Below, piece by piece: positions 24,441-37,932 of a DNA stretch of 64,000 nt. Each line of letters opens with the position of its first letter. Position 1 is the stretch's first letter. The stretch lies in the NCBI GenBank assembly GCA_048013815.1, contig CM106585.1:4030001-4094000 (forward strand), written 5' to 3'. The DNA comes from Setoptus koraiensis. Its lineage: Eukaryota; Animalia; Arthropoda. The translations under genes and the position numbers were made by a program. The notes beneath the pieces are model-generated. The model had not been told where the DNA came from. It saw nothing but the letters and a program-made list of their open reading frames with translations, and searched no databases.

Positions 24441-27400
24441 GACTCGCGCAAGCCGACCGAGAAGCCCGAAAAGGAGCGCGTCCTATTTGCATTGGGGCGC
24501 CAATTGGCACACACCGGCAACAAACTGGCGACGAACGCGTCGTTTGTCATGCAAACAATATATGCCAGTCACTTGTTATTCACTTGTTCACAACAACAGT
24601 TAGATACAACATCTTGACAGTGGCACCAACGCGATTGTTGGCACACTCATTGTTGCGTTGCGACGAGTGGCCCCGATCATCTCTATTGCGTCCATTGCGT
24701 CACTGTCCACTGCGCCGCTGTCCACTGGGCCACTCGTCCGACGGCCCCACGGTGCAGCGGCCCGACGGCCCCACGGTGCAGCGGCGCAATGGTGCCACGG
24801 TGCAGCGGTCTAATGGTCCAGTGGTCTAGCCAGAGATCGTCTGGCACAATATGCGTGTGTATGATATCGGTCGGGGGAGGGCGAGATAGTCGAATGGTCG
24901 CTTGAGCGATAATAAATCACTGGCGACGGACCCATGATGAATCAATTGGCGTTGCTGCGCGACTCGAGTTGGCATGTCGTCGCCCACAAGGCCCGCTTGT
25001 GATGCAATTGTGGTGCTTGTGACGCAATTGTCGTGCTTGTGCCATCTGAACATGCCATACAAACATCGCGTCGTGCCAGCATAGGTGCCGAGCGCTCGAT
25101 AATTGAGCTGTGCTGTGTTGAATGTATCAACAATAAGTTGAAAATTAATTGTTTCTCTCCCGCTGTCTCTCTGTCTGCGTCGCTGTCTCTCTGGCTGCGC
25201 CGCTGTCGAGCCGTTGCGGAAAGGGCTCTCGGGCCGTCGGTTGGTCGCGCTGTCAAGCCGTCGGGCCGTCGGGCCGTCGGGCCGTCGAGCCGTCGAAGGG
25301 CGGATAATGGCGAGCACAAGTTTGTTTGTGCACTTGTGATTTGTCGAGAGTTCGCAACTCGTAATGAGAATGGCGCCGTTTCCAATTCGACATTGGAATC
25401 TCGTTTTCAGCTCGGTTCGTTAGCTGCAAATGTTGCATGCCATCTCACACCACTACACTAACCTCCGCTAACTGCCGGTATGCTACACGGCCGCCACACT
25501 GTTGCCTGTGCTGAGGGCATCAATTGGTCGCAATCGACAACCATCAGCAAACACAAACACCAACACCGAATACCAACAACAACGACAACAACCAAAGCAA
25601 CAACAACAACAACCAAAGCAACAACAACAACAACAACAACAACAACAACGGCAACAATCACGGCAGCGCACAAGTGAGACAACAACAAATCAATGTCAAT
25701 TCGCTCACTTCCTTGTAACAAAGTTGCCAGGTTGCTGGCACAAGCGTGCAAGCAAATGTGTAGCATGTGCCAGCAACAAATCGAAAGTAGCTCGCCATTA
25801 TGCCGCCCACGATTCGGCAATCCGACCATTCGCTGTGTGTGTGTTAAATGTGCGTTCGTAGCGTGTTCGAAAGAACACACTGCGAGAACACACTGTGAGT
25901 CTCAGAGTGTGAGAACAGCCAGACAGAACTACCAGCGAACAACTGACTGCGAACGGATTGCGCAAGCGGCCAGCGACAGTGATGCGATCCGGTCGGGTCC
26001 GAACGCAAGCAGTGCGTTCGGTGCCAGTGACAGCGTTCGTTTGCGCTCGTTTCTTTAATTCAAATTAGAAGCGGCTAAAAAATTCAAATCGATCGCTGCC
26101 CATGAAAGGCAACGACGACACACTGTCAATAGGCTCATGTGCTCATGTGTGTTCTGAGAGTGTGTGCCTTCTCGCTTGCCCACCTTGCAACTTATCCACC
26201 GCTGGCCACTCTGGGCCGGCTTCGCAGTTCGCAGTTCGCTGTTCGCGGCTCGCAGATCGAAGCTCGCAGTTCGCGGCCCGCAGTTCGAAGCTCGCAGTTC
26301 GAAGCTCGCAGTTGCGAGCTGGAGCCGGCAGCACTCGACAGCGAAGTGGCGAGAATCGGATTGCATTCAGCTCGAATTGTTTTGTTTTTGCCAACTCCAT
26401 CAACTGTTGACTCTTCACCTGTTAGGCCGGCGTGTCGCTGCCGTTGTTGTTGCTGTTGCCGTTGTTGTTGCTGTTGCCGTTGTTGTTGTTGTTGTTGCTG
26501 TTGTTGGCGTTGTTGTTGCCGGGCAGCTCCTTTAACGGGATCGCCCCCCACGTCACACGCACGCCGTGAGTGTGGCGCGAGGGGCAGCGATTGTCTGGCC
26601 GCTCGCAAATCTCGCTCTCTCTTCAATGGCGAGCCAGCCAGCCCCAAAGAGCCGGTCTAATCGGATCACTTCGCTGGCTGGCCGTTGCACCGGCCGAACG
26701 CCGGCCAAATCGACGCACCGATTGAGACTGGCCAAACGCGTCCGATTGACCGGCTCGCTGCTCTCAATCCAACAGGTAGTGCCGGCTTGATCGGCGCTCG
26801 AGTCGGCGGATTCGGTTTCGGTTTCAGTTTCGAATCGGGTCTCGGTTTCGCGTTCGGTTTCGCTTTCGCTGGCACATGGCGCGCATTGTAGCTGTTGTTG
26901 TGTAGCTGTTGTTGTGATTAATAACCAGTGGCCATTAGTCATGGCGCGATACATTGATGAGTAGAGTGCCATTTGCATGTCGTCGTTGTTGTGATTTATT
27001 CGCTCTCTGCACACAAGCAGGCTGTTTGTTTATTGCTGCTGCTGTTGCTGCTTCTTTTAATTTCAATTCCGCCATTCAATTGGCAATTCTTGCGCTCGAG
27101 CTTAACACTGGCCAACGCCGGCCATCGCGTTGCCAGTGGCCAGCGGCCAGTGGCCAGCGAAACGGTCGCCAGTTGAGAGCCGGTGCGACGGTCGCCAGAG
27201 CGACGGCTGCAAAAAGAAGCACAAGTTGGCAAAAAGAAGAAGAATGTTCGCTTCGATCGGCCGACGCACAATGCTTCGAAGTTGCGCATTGCAGTGATTG
27301 AAATGGGCCAGTTCTCGCTTCTCGCTGCTCGGTTGCCGGCTCTCTAGGTTGGCCGTTCGAAGTTCGCGATCGGCAGTCGCCAGTTGGCAGTTCTCAATTT

Positions 27401-30070
27401 CCAATTCTCGGCTCTCGGTTCGCGGTTGCCGGGCCGGCGAGTGCGATTGGCAGCTCGCTTTGGATCGGCTGCTCTGATTAGCGCACGACGGCCAACGAGC
27501 CAGTCAAGGCCAGCCTAACGAACGGCCCGGCCGGCCAGCAATCAAAGTTGATAATGGCTGATAATGACCATTCAATAGCAATGATGGCCGGACGATAATA
27601 GAGCAGCTGATTTGCGCCGACCCGCGCCGATTCGCGCTGATTCGCGCCGATTCGAGCCGGCCGGCCGGTCTGGCCAAACAGTCGGAGCGACAGTCGGGCG
27701 GCAAGAGCGACGGTCGGGCAGCGCGGCCGACAGCGAGAGTCGGACGGCGCGAGCGAGGGATGGGGAGGGCGCAAAAAAGTAAAACATTTGGTAACATTTT
27801 GACGCCGAGAAAGCGATCGGCCGATCGGCGCGACTGTTAATAACAAACTGCTAATAACAGACTGCTAATAACAGACTGTTGTTGTTGTTGTTGTTGTTGC
27901 AGCCAATCAGCGCCAACTGCCGGCTGAAGGGCTTATCCGGGCGGCCGATTGGAAACACTGGCCAGACGCACCATTGAGCCCAACAGTGTCTTTCAGAGCG
28001 AGCCTATAAATATTATGATTGCGCAATTAATCATTAGCTCAACTCTTCAATTTAAACTCATTCTCGCCGCCCGCTTGTAATCGAGTTATATTGACAGCGA
28101 CACCAACACCGACAGCTACACCAACAGCCGCGCCAGCAACAACAACAACGGCGCCAGCAACCACGCCAACAACAACAACGACACAGCGGCAACAACAACA
28201 ACAGCGTCAACAACAACAGCGTCAACAACAACAGCGGCAACAACAACAGCGCCAGTGCAACAATGGCCCAATTGTGAGCGCGCTCACATCATCCGATCGT
28301 ATCATTCCTTCGCCCATTCAGCGAGCTGGCAATTTCTCGCAATTCCCCCACTTTTCGGCTCGCTGCCGCCCGGCCGGCCCGACTCGCAACTTGTGACGCG
28401 CAACTTGTGACTCGCAACTTGTCAGCGGCAAGGGCGACTCCGCGCGCTGCGTGCGAGCTGCGTACGGGCCGGCCGGGCGTCGTCTCGCGGGGCGCCATCT
28501 CGCGAGGCGCGTTTCGCGCTACCCAACGCATACGCAACATGCGCAACGCACGCAGCTTGAGTAATATAAATTTATAGCGCCGCTAATATCCAATATAATT
28601 GATATAAATAGCTTGTGTTACTTTGTCGAGTCGACAACAGAAGCGCTGACTTTCGGCCCGAGCGAGTCAACTGCGTCTCATTAATGGCGGGCGTTCGCGA
28701 ACGTTCGCCGGCAGCGCCGAACGCTCTCTGGCCGCGTCGAACGCTCCGCCGGCGAACGCTCCGTCGTCGAACGCTCCGTCGTCGAGCGCTCCGCCGGCGA
28801 ACGCCATCCGTCTTGCGAGGGCCGGTTGCGCAGAAGTAAGCGGACATGGCCTCGAGAAGAATTCCGCGGCCGGCGCTGGACAGCATGATTGATGCGCGCT
28901 GGCATGTATAAATATAAATTTGCAGCCGCATGCGGCCCTCTCGCGGAGATATTGATTTATTGGCGCAACGCAAACTGTGCCGGCGCTGGTGACAATATTG
29001 GCCGAGTCAACACCAACCGGCTCGCATAGTTATGTAAGGCCGGCTCACGGGCTGGCAGCCTTGTGGCTCGCAAGTTGTGAGCTCTAGTGGTCAGCGGTGA
29101 AAGTTGTTTGTGTGTCGGGCCGGAATGCGCGCGATCAGTCGGTGGTTTGACATTGAACGCAGCGCTGCGATCGACCTGCTGAGTTCATTACGAGCGCGAC
29201 ACGACACCGACGACGTATATTTATATCCGAGTTGACACGACCAGCCCGTCGCGGCCGCTCACCAAACTGCGTCCAGCCATCGGCAAACGGTGAGCAGCAA
29301 ACTGGCCGGCAAACTGGCCGGCGAACCGACCGGCAAACCGGCCGGCAAACTGGCCGTCAAATTGGCCAGCAAACGGTGGACAGCAAACGGTGGACAGCAA
29401 ACGATGGACACCAATTGGTGGCCAACAGCGAAAAGTTCAGTGCAAAGTGCAAGAGGTGAAAACGATGACCAAAAGTCGCCAACAGTTGAGTCGCGTTACG
29501 TAACAACGTCGGCTGTTGCTGGTTGGTGGCGAGCACTTGTCAGCTGACTGGCGGTTGCAGCGCCGCACACCGGCGACAGTTACGATGTTGCGTCGGACGA
29601 CTCTGACAGAATCGTTCCATTTGAGCGACTAATTCGAGCCACTTATTCAAGCGACCGCTTCAAGCGCCCAGTTCATGTGTTGTATGAGTACACGACGAAT
29701 GATGACCATATGATACACGCTCGGTCTATCCATGGATAAACTTGGATGGATAAAAGCATTAGGTGCTAATGATTGCGCGACCAAATAAGTCACTACACAC
29801 TCCGTAGTGCAGAGGGCGCAGCGACCGAGGGCCAATGAACAAAAAAAACACTAGACGCCAGCCTCATCTATGCAAATGGGGCCGCTCGCTAACGACTCTG
29901 GCGGGCCTTTGTTTGCTGTTTGCACACACACACACACACACGCCAGCGTTAGGGCAACGGGCTAACGAGCCAGCCAAAGAATGGACTCGAATTAATTAGT
30001 GTGTGTGTGTTCGTCAGCGAAGCCTCGCAGTCAGCAAAACAACACAAGCGAACACAAGCGAACGCAAGAG

Positions 30071-30110
30071 AACGCGAGAGAACGCGAGAGAACGCGAGAG
30101 AACGCGAGAG
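30071..30110. repeat. Tandem repeat, 4 copies of AACGCGAGAG
   Basis: Four perfect 10-mers with degenerate flanking copies. Confidence 0.9.
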
Positions 30111-31506
30111 AACGGGCGAGATAACAACAGATTGGGCAACCTGTCAAGGCCGGTGCTTTCCAAACAAATCAGACAGCAACCGACAACAATAGCAACAATG
30201 GCCACGGCAATCATAATAATAACAATAATCTAATTACTCACCTGTTTGCGTCTGGCGCGTCTAACGCGACCCGCTAATTGGGCGATAGTTGGCCGCACTA
30301 ACCCAATTAGCGGGTCCCCTGAATGGATCAACGCCGACCGACGTTTGATGCCGATTGACTCCCAAAGCAACTGGCCGTTAATCTGTTAATCAGAGGGCCG
30401 GATTAGCGGGCGCCAGTTAGCCAGCGATCGCTCTCGCTGTCTCGCTGCCAATTAGCTATTTGCATAATCAAAATATCAAAATGTGTCCACGCTCACCTAC
30501 GCTACTCAACTGACTGACTCACAACATTGTCAGTCAGAGTGAGCAGTCAGAGAGTGCAAACGCAAACCAAAAGTTAACATTTATTATCATTAGCGCCGAG
30601 CCATGTAAACAAGCGACTGTTGCAACAAACAACAACGGATCAGATAGGCACGACCCACTGTTTGGCTAGCTATTTTGCCAGCTATTTTGCTCTGGCTATT
30701 GCTTGCTGGCTAGCCAAAGAGCCGGTAATATGATATTGCGCATAATGATCATTGGCGGTTGTTGTGGTGTCACCGACAAGTGACGCCATCTGTGGGCCAA
30801 AGTTCCAGCTACTATTGGCCCTTTTACATTTGTATAAATAACAGTGAAAGCGACTGAATTGATTACATCAGCACAACTAGTTTAATTATTTAATTATTCT
30901 AATTAGCGGTATGCTAATTACTGTGATGGATGACCGGCCCGAATCAGCATACGGCGGCACATTGTAGCAGTGCAATGATATGGCATTATAATGATATAAC
31001 AGTATAATAATATATTATAACATGGGATTATTAGACAGGATTACCATGCTAATACCGTCACAATTGAGCTGGCCTACCAAGCCAGCAAAATAGCTGGCAC
31101 CGGCAACATTTACAATTGTTAGTGCCGGTTGCACGAAACCAGGTGGCGCACCATGAGCATACTAGTACTACTTTACTAACTGCTAGTAGTAGATTACATG
31201 TATAGTAGATGTGATTGTGTTGCGTATGCGATTGACGAGCGAGCTTACAAGAGTTGACTTGTTAATCAAGACTCTTCATTTGAGAGGCCCGAGCGGTGAC
31301 GCCAGCTGGCGGCCGATCGAGCAATCAGCGGCGAGTGTCATCGCTGTTGAGAGAGTGAGATCATTAGCAGTGATGGCTAATTAATTATAGTCACAATTGG
31401 CGATTGTTTGATCAGGTTCGAGTTTGTCGGGCCGGCCGAATCCCGTTCGCGCCGGTTCGCGCCAGTTCGCGCCGGTTCGTGGACAGCGGGCCAGTTTCGA
31501 CACCAA

Positions 31507-31588
31507 ACAACAAACGACGAACAACAAACGACGAACAACAAACGACGAACAACAAACGACGAACAACAAACGACGAACAACAAACGAC
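31507..31588. repeat. Tandem repeat, about 5.9 copies of ACAACAAACGACGA
   Basis: Five perfect 14-mers plus a 12-nt partial copy. Confidence 0.9.
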
Positions 31589-33461
31589 AGACAGTGTTAA
31601 CGTTCGGCAGTATGACTGACAAAGTCAACAGAACAATGTTTGTTGGCCCGTCGGCGACGACACAGTTTGTCTAGCAATCAGTCAGTTTGTAGATCTAAAT
31701 CAAGGTCTCGAGCATCATCGTGGATCGATTGTGTGCGTGCCTACATGTTGATATCGCTGCTCATTATCATATTATCATATTGCACACGGCGCATTGGCAG
31801 TGTGAGCGGGCCAAACAATCATTATCTTGACACTGTCATCTAAACACTGCTCATAACACTGGCTGTAACACTGGCTATAACACTGGCTATAACACTGGCG
31901 ACAGTAATGTAATATAATCAGCGAGACACAAAGCCAGTCGCTGTGCAATCAATCGCTGTCAATCGTCACAATTGTCCCATATGGCGCCAACAACAACAGC
32001 AGAATAGGTATTTGTCGTTTGCCGGCCGGGTATTTGTCGTTTGCAGCGACGACAACCTTGAGCTTGTTGCCACTAGCGCCGTGCGAGCCAGCTAGTTGCG
32101 ATAAGACGCAATAGGACGATTGAAGATCGTTGCAGTTGACGTGCTCTCACATTACGCAATGTGGCTCGCAATAGCGGCCAAATACAGCGTTTTACTGCTC
32201 AATGCGCCGCTGTCTCATAGCACAGATTCATGGCTCTATGTCTATGTCGAGATCTCGTGAGCTCGATACACGTAGACGAGCCACAGACGAGCCATTGTCG
32301 GCGAGCGACTTGCGCTATTTGTGCGATATGTCGCCCGGATTAAAATGTTAAATAAACTCATGTTACCACGACATGTATCGAGCTTGCCAGTCGTGTGAGC
32401 CGCTCGAGCGGCTCACACGACACCTTTGGCTCGCTGGCTCGCCGCCGTCTCGTTTCGCGACATTGTCAGCCAGTTCCGGCTGCGGTTCCCCGAACTGTGA
32501 CTATAATTAACAATTGCAGCGACTATTGGTTCGGCGCGGCGCGGCGGCCTTGTTGCCGCTCTTGTCGCTGATTACATAACAAAGCGAGCGTGCAATATCC
32601 GATAATGATTGTTTGTTTATCAGCACTCGCTGTCTCTGTCTACGTACTGCACCAAGACTGCCATTGAAGCCAATGTTTATTTGGCGCGCAAATAAGCAGC
32701 ATTGGCACAGAGTGCGCGCTGTTCGTCGCGTGAGTTTGCTGGCTCGGCGCACTCGTCTCGGCACAATGGCGCGTCTGGCCGGCGCACATGCGCACGCCAA
32801 AACAATACATAACCATATCATTAAAAACCCCAAAATAAACATGTGCGTGCTGGCCGGCGAAAAAAGCGCCGGCACAGCGCGCTATCGACAGCTAAATCGC
32901 AGGCTGTGCGCGCCCGGACGTGGTGCGCAGACTCTGTGCCTAGCGCTCCGCGATGCCTAGCTAGTGCAATTTGCGAGTTGACTCGGTAAGAGCGGCGGCG
33001 GCGCCATCGAGTAAACTCGCAAACCATAGCATTACTCATATATCGCATACTAATATCGCAATTGGCAAGACCGACATCTGCTACACTAATGAGGCTAACA
33101 CATGACTGCGAAAAAGATTTATTTACTATATAAATCACGGCCTTTCGAGACAAAAACATCACACACCAACTGTCTGTCAGAGCGATCACACTGACACACA
33201 CAACGATATTTGTCAAACTTCAAACAAAATTTTCAACAGCGACACGCCAGCGACCAAAAGCAACCTAGCATCGACCATCTAAATTACAGTATCATCGACA
33301 ACGGCACCCAGCCAGACTCGCATCGACACATCAGACAACAATACACTCGTTAGTTTGAATTCATCTGTGTGGGCTGCTTCAAGCCGAGATTAGCGGTTAG
33401 TTTTAGTTTAATTATTATTATTGTTATTGTTAGGCAATTTGGCACTTAATAGGCAATTAAT

Positions 33462-36400
33462 ATGCACACAACAATAGCGGACACCAACGGCGACATGGGA
33501 GATATGGGGCCCATGAGCAACGGCGAAACCACAATTAGCGAGCACGGGGAGGCCTCCCTGGGCAACGGACAGCCGACAATGACCAACGGACACACTCCTC
33601 AGGACGCTCAGCCGGCTTTGGTGGGCGCCATCGACCAGGGCACAAGCTCCACGCGATTTCTGGTGTTTGTGGCGGAAACGGGCGAACTGGTGGCCCACGA
33701 TCAAATTGAGATCACCAAAATTGTGCCTCAAGAGGGATGGGTAGAGATCGACCCGATGGCCATCATGAATTCCGTGTACAAGACCATCGAGACAGTGGAG
33801 CAGCAACTGAGCTACAAGCACATCGACATCCGCCAAGCGGTCAAGTGCATCGGTATTTGCAATCAGCGCGAGTCCACCGTTGTGTGGGACCCGGTCACCG
33901 GCGTGCCCCACTACAACGTTATTGTTTGGATGGACAACAGGACCAAGGACATCGTGGACAAGCTCATCGACTCGGTTCCGGGGCGCGATTTCAACTGTTA
34001 CAAGGTGAGTCGTCGTGTGAATCTCTCGACCCAACTCTCAAATCCGACGCGCTTTTTGCCGATTCTTCTCGTTCATTTTTTGCTCATTCTTCTTGATCAT
34101 CTTTAGCTGATTCTTTTCACTCATTTTCATTAATTTTTATCCACTCTTCATCAATCTAAACAGAGCAAAACGGGCCTGCCCCTGTCCACCTACTTTTCGG
34201 CCTTCAAGCTAAAATGGCTGCTCAACAACGTGGAACAAGTGCGAGAGGCGGCCAAAAACAACAGGCTCATGTTTGGCACTGTCGACACTTGGATCTTGTG
34301 GAATCTGACGGGTAAACATTTGACTGACGTCACCAACGCAAGCCGCACATTCCTGATGGACCTAGAGACACTGCAATGGGACAGAGAGTTGTGCAAAAAG
34401 CTATCCATTCCAATGAAGTTATTGCCCGAAATCAAATCGTCTGCCGATGACTTTGGTCGCATCATCCACGGCCCCCTCACGGGCCTGCCCATAACCGGCG
34501 TCATTGGCGACCAATCGAGCTCGCTAATCGGACAAAATTGTTTGAGGCTCGGACAAACGAAGGCAACTTTCGGTGAGTGAATACGTGAATACGAGTGTGC
34601 AAGCACTTGCGTGGCTTCTCAATCTCTCGAGCTATCTCAAGTGTGTATTGATGTCGAGTGTTTCACAAGCTGCCTCACATACGTCACTAATCACGTTAAT
34701 CAGCTAAAATCAGTAGAATTGCTTAGCTAATGTTTGCCGAAACAACAACACTTGTTATCGCATCGGGCCAGCTGACAATGGCGCTTATATCTCGATACTA
34801 ATCAACAGATATTAATGACAAGATCAAATGATCCAACGACACCGGCACAAACAGCACACGGTGTCATTTTATGTAGATTGCGCTGGTTGTGGATTCTCTG
34901 GCATGATTACGTGAACAGTTTGCCAGCCAATATTCACACAATTACTCATTTGTGTGAATATCAGTAATTAGAGTTGCAATTTGACACACACACACACACA
35001 CAATCGAGCTTGTTTGTTTAGTGGATTCGCGGCTTGCGATCTCAAGTGGCAGATAATCACAACTCTTCGATGTGTGACCAATAACATGCTAAGTTGGCTG
35101 AATTTTAATTAATTGCCCGGCTTATCTCGCAATGCAATCTGGCGCGATCAGCAAGCGATGTCAATGTTTGCCGGCGGCATCTATTCCTGCTCGCATTAAA
35201 CTCGCAATAATATTCGAAATGATACTCGAAATGATGCTCGCAATGATGCTCGCAAAGTGACTGCTCACACGCTAATCTCCACTTGAGACGCTCGGCAAAT
35301 ATCGGCGCTCCAAGTGGGACAACACTGAACAATGGGACCTGTTTGATCGTGTTGCCCTCAGCAACGCATTAGCATACGTTAGATCCGACGAGATTAGTTG
35401 ACCAGTTCGGGCCGGTTCGCTCGGTGTTTGTCTCTGACCGTCAGAGTCTGGCCGTCAGAGTCTGGCCGTCAGAGTCTGGCCGTCAGAGTCTGACGTTAGC
35501 TCGATTGATTTTGAATCGAGCTAACGTCAGCGAGTCCCAATCTTAATTTCCAGTCACATGTTTTGCCGGTGTCACATTTGTGCGCGTGAGCCAGCTTAAA
35601 TGTCGCACCACATTACAATTTGCAATTCGCAAACATGAACTGACTCATTTTTTTATATTTTTACATATGTTTCTCATACACATCATGTTTGTCGCACACC
35701 AGGTACGGGATGCTTCGTCATGCAGAACATCGGCCCGGGGCCCCTGCACGGCGCCCTCAAGAACGTGTCGCGAAAGGCCAAACGGGGCCTCATCACGACG
35801 GTCGCGTACAAGCTCGGCAACAGGCCCGCCTGTTACGCCCTGGAGGGCAGCGTCAAAATAGCGGGCGCCGCAGTCACTTGGCTCAGGGACAACATGGAAT
35901 TGATTAGTGATTATCAAGAATGCGACGAACTGGTCAACAAGACATCACACTCGGCCGGTGTGTTCTTTGTGCCTGCCTTCGGTGGATTATATTCGCCCTA
36001 CTGGGACCCCAATGCCGCTGGTCTGTTTATTGGTTTGTCTCAGTTCAGCCGGAAGGAGCACATTATGCGCGCAACACTGGACTCGATTGCCTTTCAAACG
36101 AACGACATTTTATCCGTTATGCGCGGCGTCACGCACGGCCTCATGATAGACGGGGGCCTGTGCAACAGTTCCAATATGTGCCAGATTTTGGCCGACGTAA
36201 CAGGCTGTGATATTGTGCGTCCCTCAATGACAGAAACAAGTGCCCTGGGAGCGGCCATGCTGGCCAGTTTCGGCGCCGGCCTATGCGACCTGTACGATCC
36301 CCTCTGTAGTCCGGCATCAATCACCAACATCAACGACAACAGTCCCAAGGCATTGATCAAAGAAGCGGAAGTTTGTCGGTCGCAAATATCGTCAGAACAT

Positions 36401-36574
36401 CGAGAGGATCTGGTTGATACCTGGCATCAGGCCGTCAAGAGATCAATGAGATGGAACAAAGATGTTGAGCCCGAGCATCACGATTATCAGCGTCTGTCGT
36501 CGTTGCCCATCACCATGTATATTTTGCTGTCGCTTGGCATGACAGCCCTAAGTGGATCCATTGCACAGGTGTAA
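33462..36574 (+). CDS. GK: Glycerol kinase, copy 1 (FGGY family); exons 33462-34004, 34164-34572, 35703-36574; about 607 aa
   Basis: AIDQGTSSTRF, NQRESTVVWD, GTVDTW, TDVTNASRT, GDQ, KATFGTGCF, ALEGSV, VPAFGGLYSPYW, DGG and a C-terminal hydrophobic tail. GT-AG sites keep the frame (introns 159 and 1130 nt). Confidence 0.95.
35438..35492. repeat. Intronic tandem repeat, about 3.9 copies of CCGTCAGAGTCTGG
   Basis: Three perfect 14-mers plus a 13-nt partial, inside intron 2 of GK copy 1. Confidence 0.9.
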
Positions 36575-36918
36575 AAGAGGCCAAGTGTTGTTATTAGCTT
36601 ATTTAAACGCTTATTTGTACAAATTCAATGTTGATGGCTCAACCATGTTGTTATTTTAGGAAATTAAAAAACATTATTTTATTACGTATTATAACGCGCT
36701 GGCGCTAAGCAATGGCCCGAAATGTAAACTGTAAAATAAACTTGTTGCACTCTCATGAATTCTTTCAATTAAAACAGCAAAAAGATTGCCGATAAGTTTG
36801 TTTTCTTGCCAGGAGACACCTTGACAATCTCAGCAGCCGATGCCGGTTTTGGCCTGACTCTGGTCTTGTCGAGTTCTACTGTATCATACAAATTGTTTGT
36901 GAGCAGGGAGGAAACATG

Positions 36919-37495
36919 ATTCGTTTTCCGGGAAAATGCTCTGTCTTGGAGTTACCTGGCCCCAAAAAAACCATGCGCATTCTCCCATGTATTCGAGGCC
37001 AAGCTGGCGCACTAAATGGGAAATTGTGAATTGTTGCGAAATTTTGCAAAACTAGGGCGCATGCCTAATGCCCCTAACCAGGCTTCGGCACGAACGAATT
37101 GCAGATTTTTTTTCTGAATTCGAGATTTTTTCGATTGTTGCAGAAACTGTTCGTTTACCGGATTTTCAATAGAATTCTTCTCGCTCACAAGGTGAACCCT
37201 CTTCCCGATGACATCGGTTTCGAAAAATCTCTATACCAAATCGATAGTACTCATCGAGCATTGTGAGCACGAAAAAGTCTATCGGAAACCCGGAAGATGA
37301 ACAGTTTCGGCAAAAATCGGAATTTTCTGAAAAAATTCGTGCCGAAGCCTTGTTTCGCATCAGGCATGCGGACGTTTCGCAACAATTTCCTATATAGTGC
37401 GCTTGCTTAGCCTCGAATACATGGGAGAATGCGCATGAAATTTTTTTTTGAGGCCAGATATCTCGAAAATAAAGCATTTTCCGAGAAAACGAATC
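36919..37495. mobile_element. MITE/foldback-like non-autonomous element with long imperfect terminal inverted repeats
   Basis: The left arm (about 36919-37160) matches the reverse complement of the right arm (about 37270-37495), including an exact 28-nt match (36972-36999 vs 37410-37437). No transposase ORF; the target-site duplication could not be resolved. Confidence 0.7.
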
Positions 37496-37932
37496 TCCAT
37501 TCCTTGCCCCTCAGAAACAGGACCAGATTCAGATCAAAAGCGGTGTTCAGGGGGTTCCCCTTGTCAGCTCGATCAGGGCAATCGATTCAGTGTGAGATTT
37601 CGTTGAAATCGACGTCACCTTGATAGTCTAGATTTTGTTGTTGTCTCGTACACTATTGTCATCCTCGGCTTGGTGACGTAGCTGCGAGACAAGGCCGACG
37701 ATGACGACTTGGCGTGTTTCGTGACATAATGTTTGTTTATTATTGTTTATTATTATTGTTTGGCTTGATTACAATGGTGCGATGATTGTTTTGTGGCGCC
37801 ACTGTGAGTGCGTAAAGTGAAATGAAGAAGAAAAAATAAATACACTCTAGCTGGAGCTGGCCGACGGGGGCACGCAACCGGGCGAGGACGACAAGTGAAA
37901 TGATACAAAAATAAATAATTCCTATGATTCGC

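Noticed and set aside
31330-31380. TGAGATCATT (bantam-like 5' end) within a small hairpin
   Set aside because: The seed falls in the loop, not on an arm, and the 3' part does not resemble bantam.
31770-31800. TATTGCAC (miR-92 family seed)
   Set aside because: No complementary arm forming a precursor hairpin.
13640-33216. Numerous 60-290-aa ORFs in the track (poly-Q, poly-V, poly-C, poly-T and Arg-rich)
   Set aside because: Overlapping frames on both strands generated by GC-rich microsatellites; many start at non-ATG codons and none has a domain motif.
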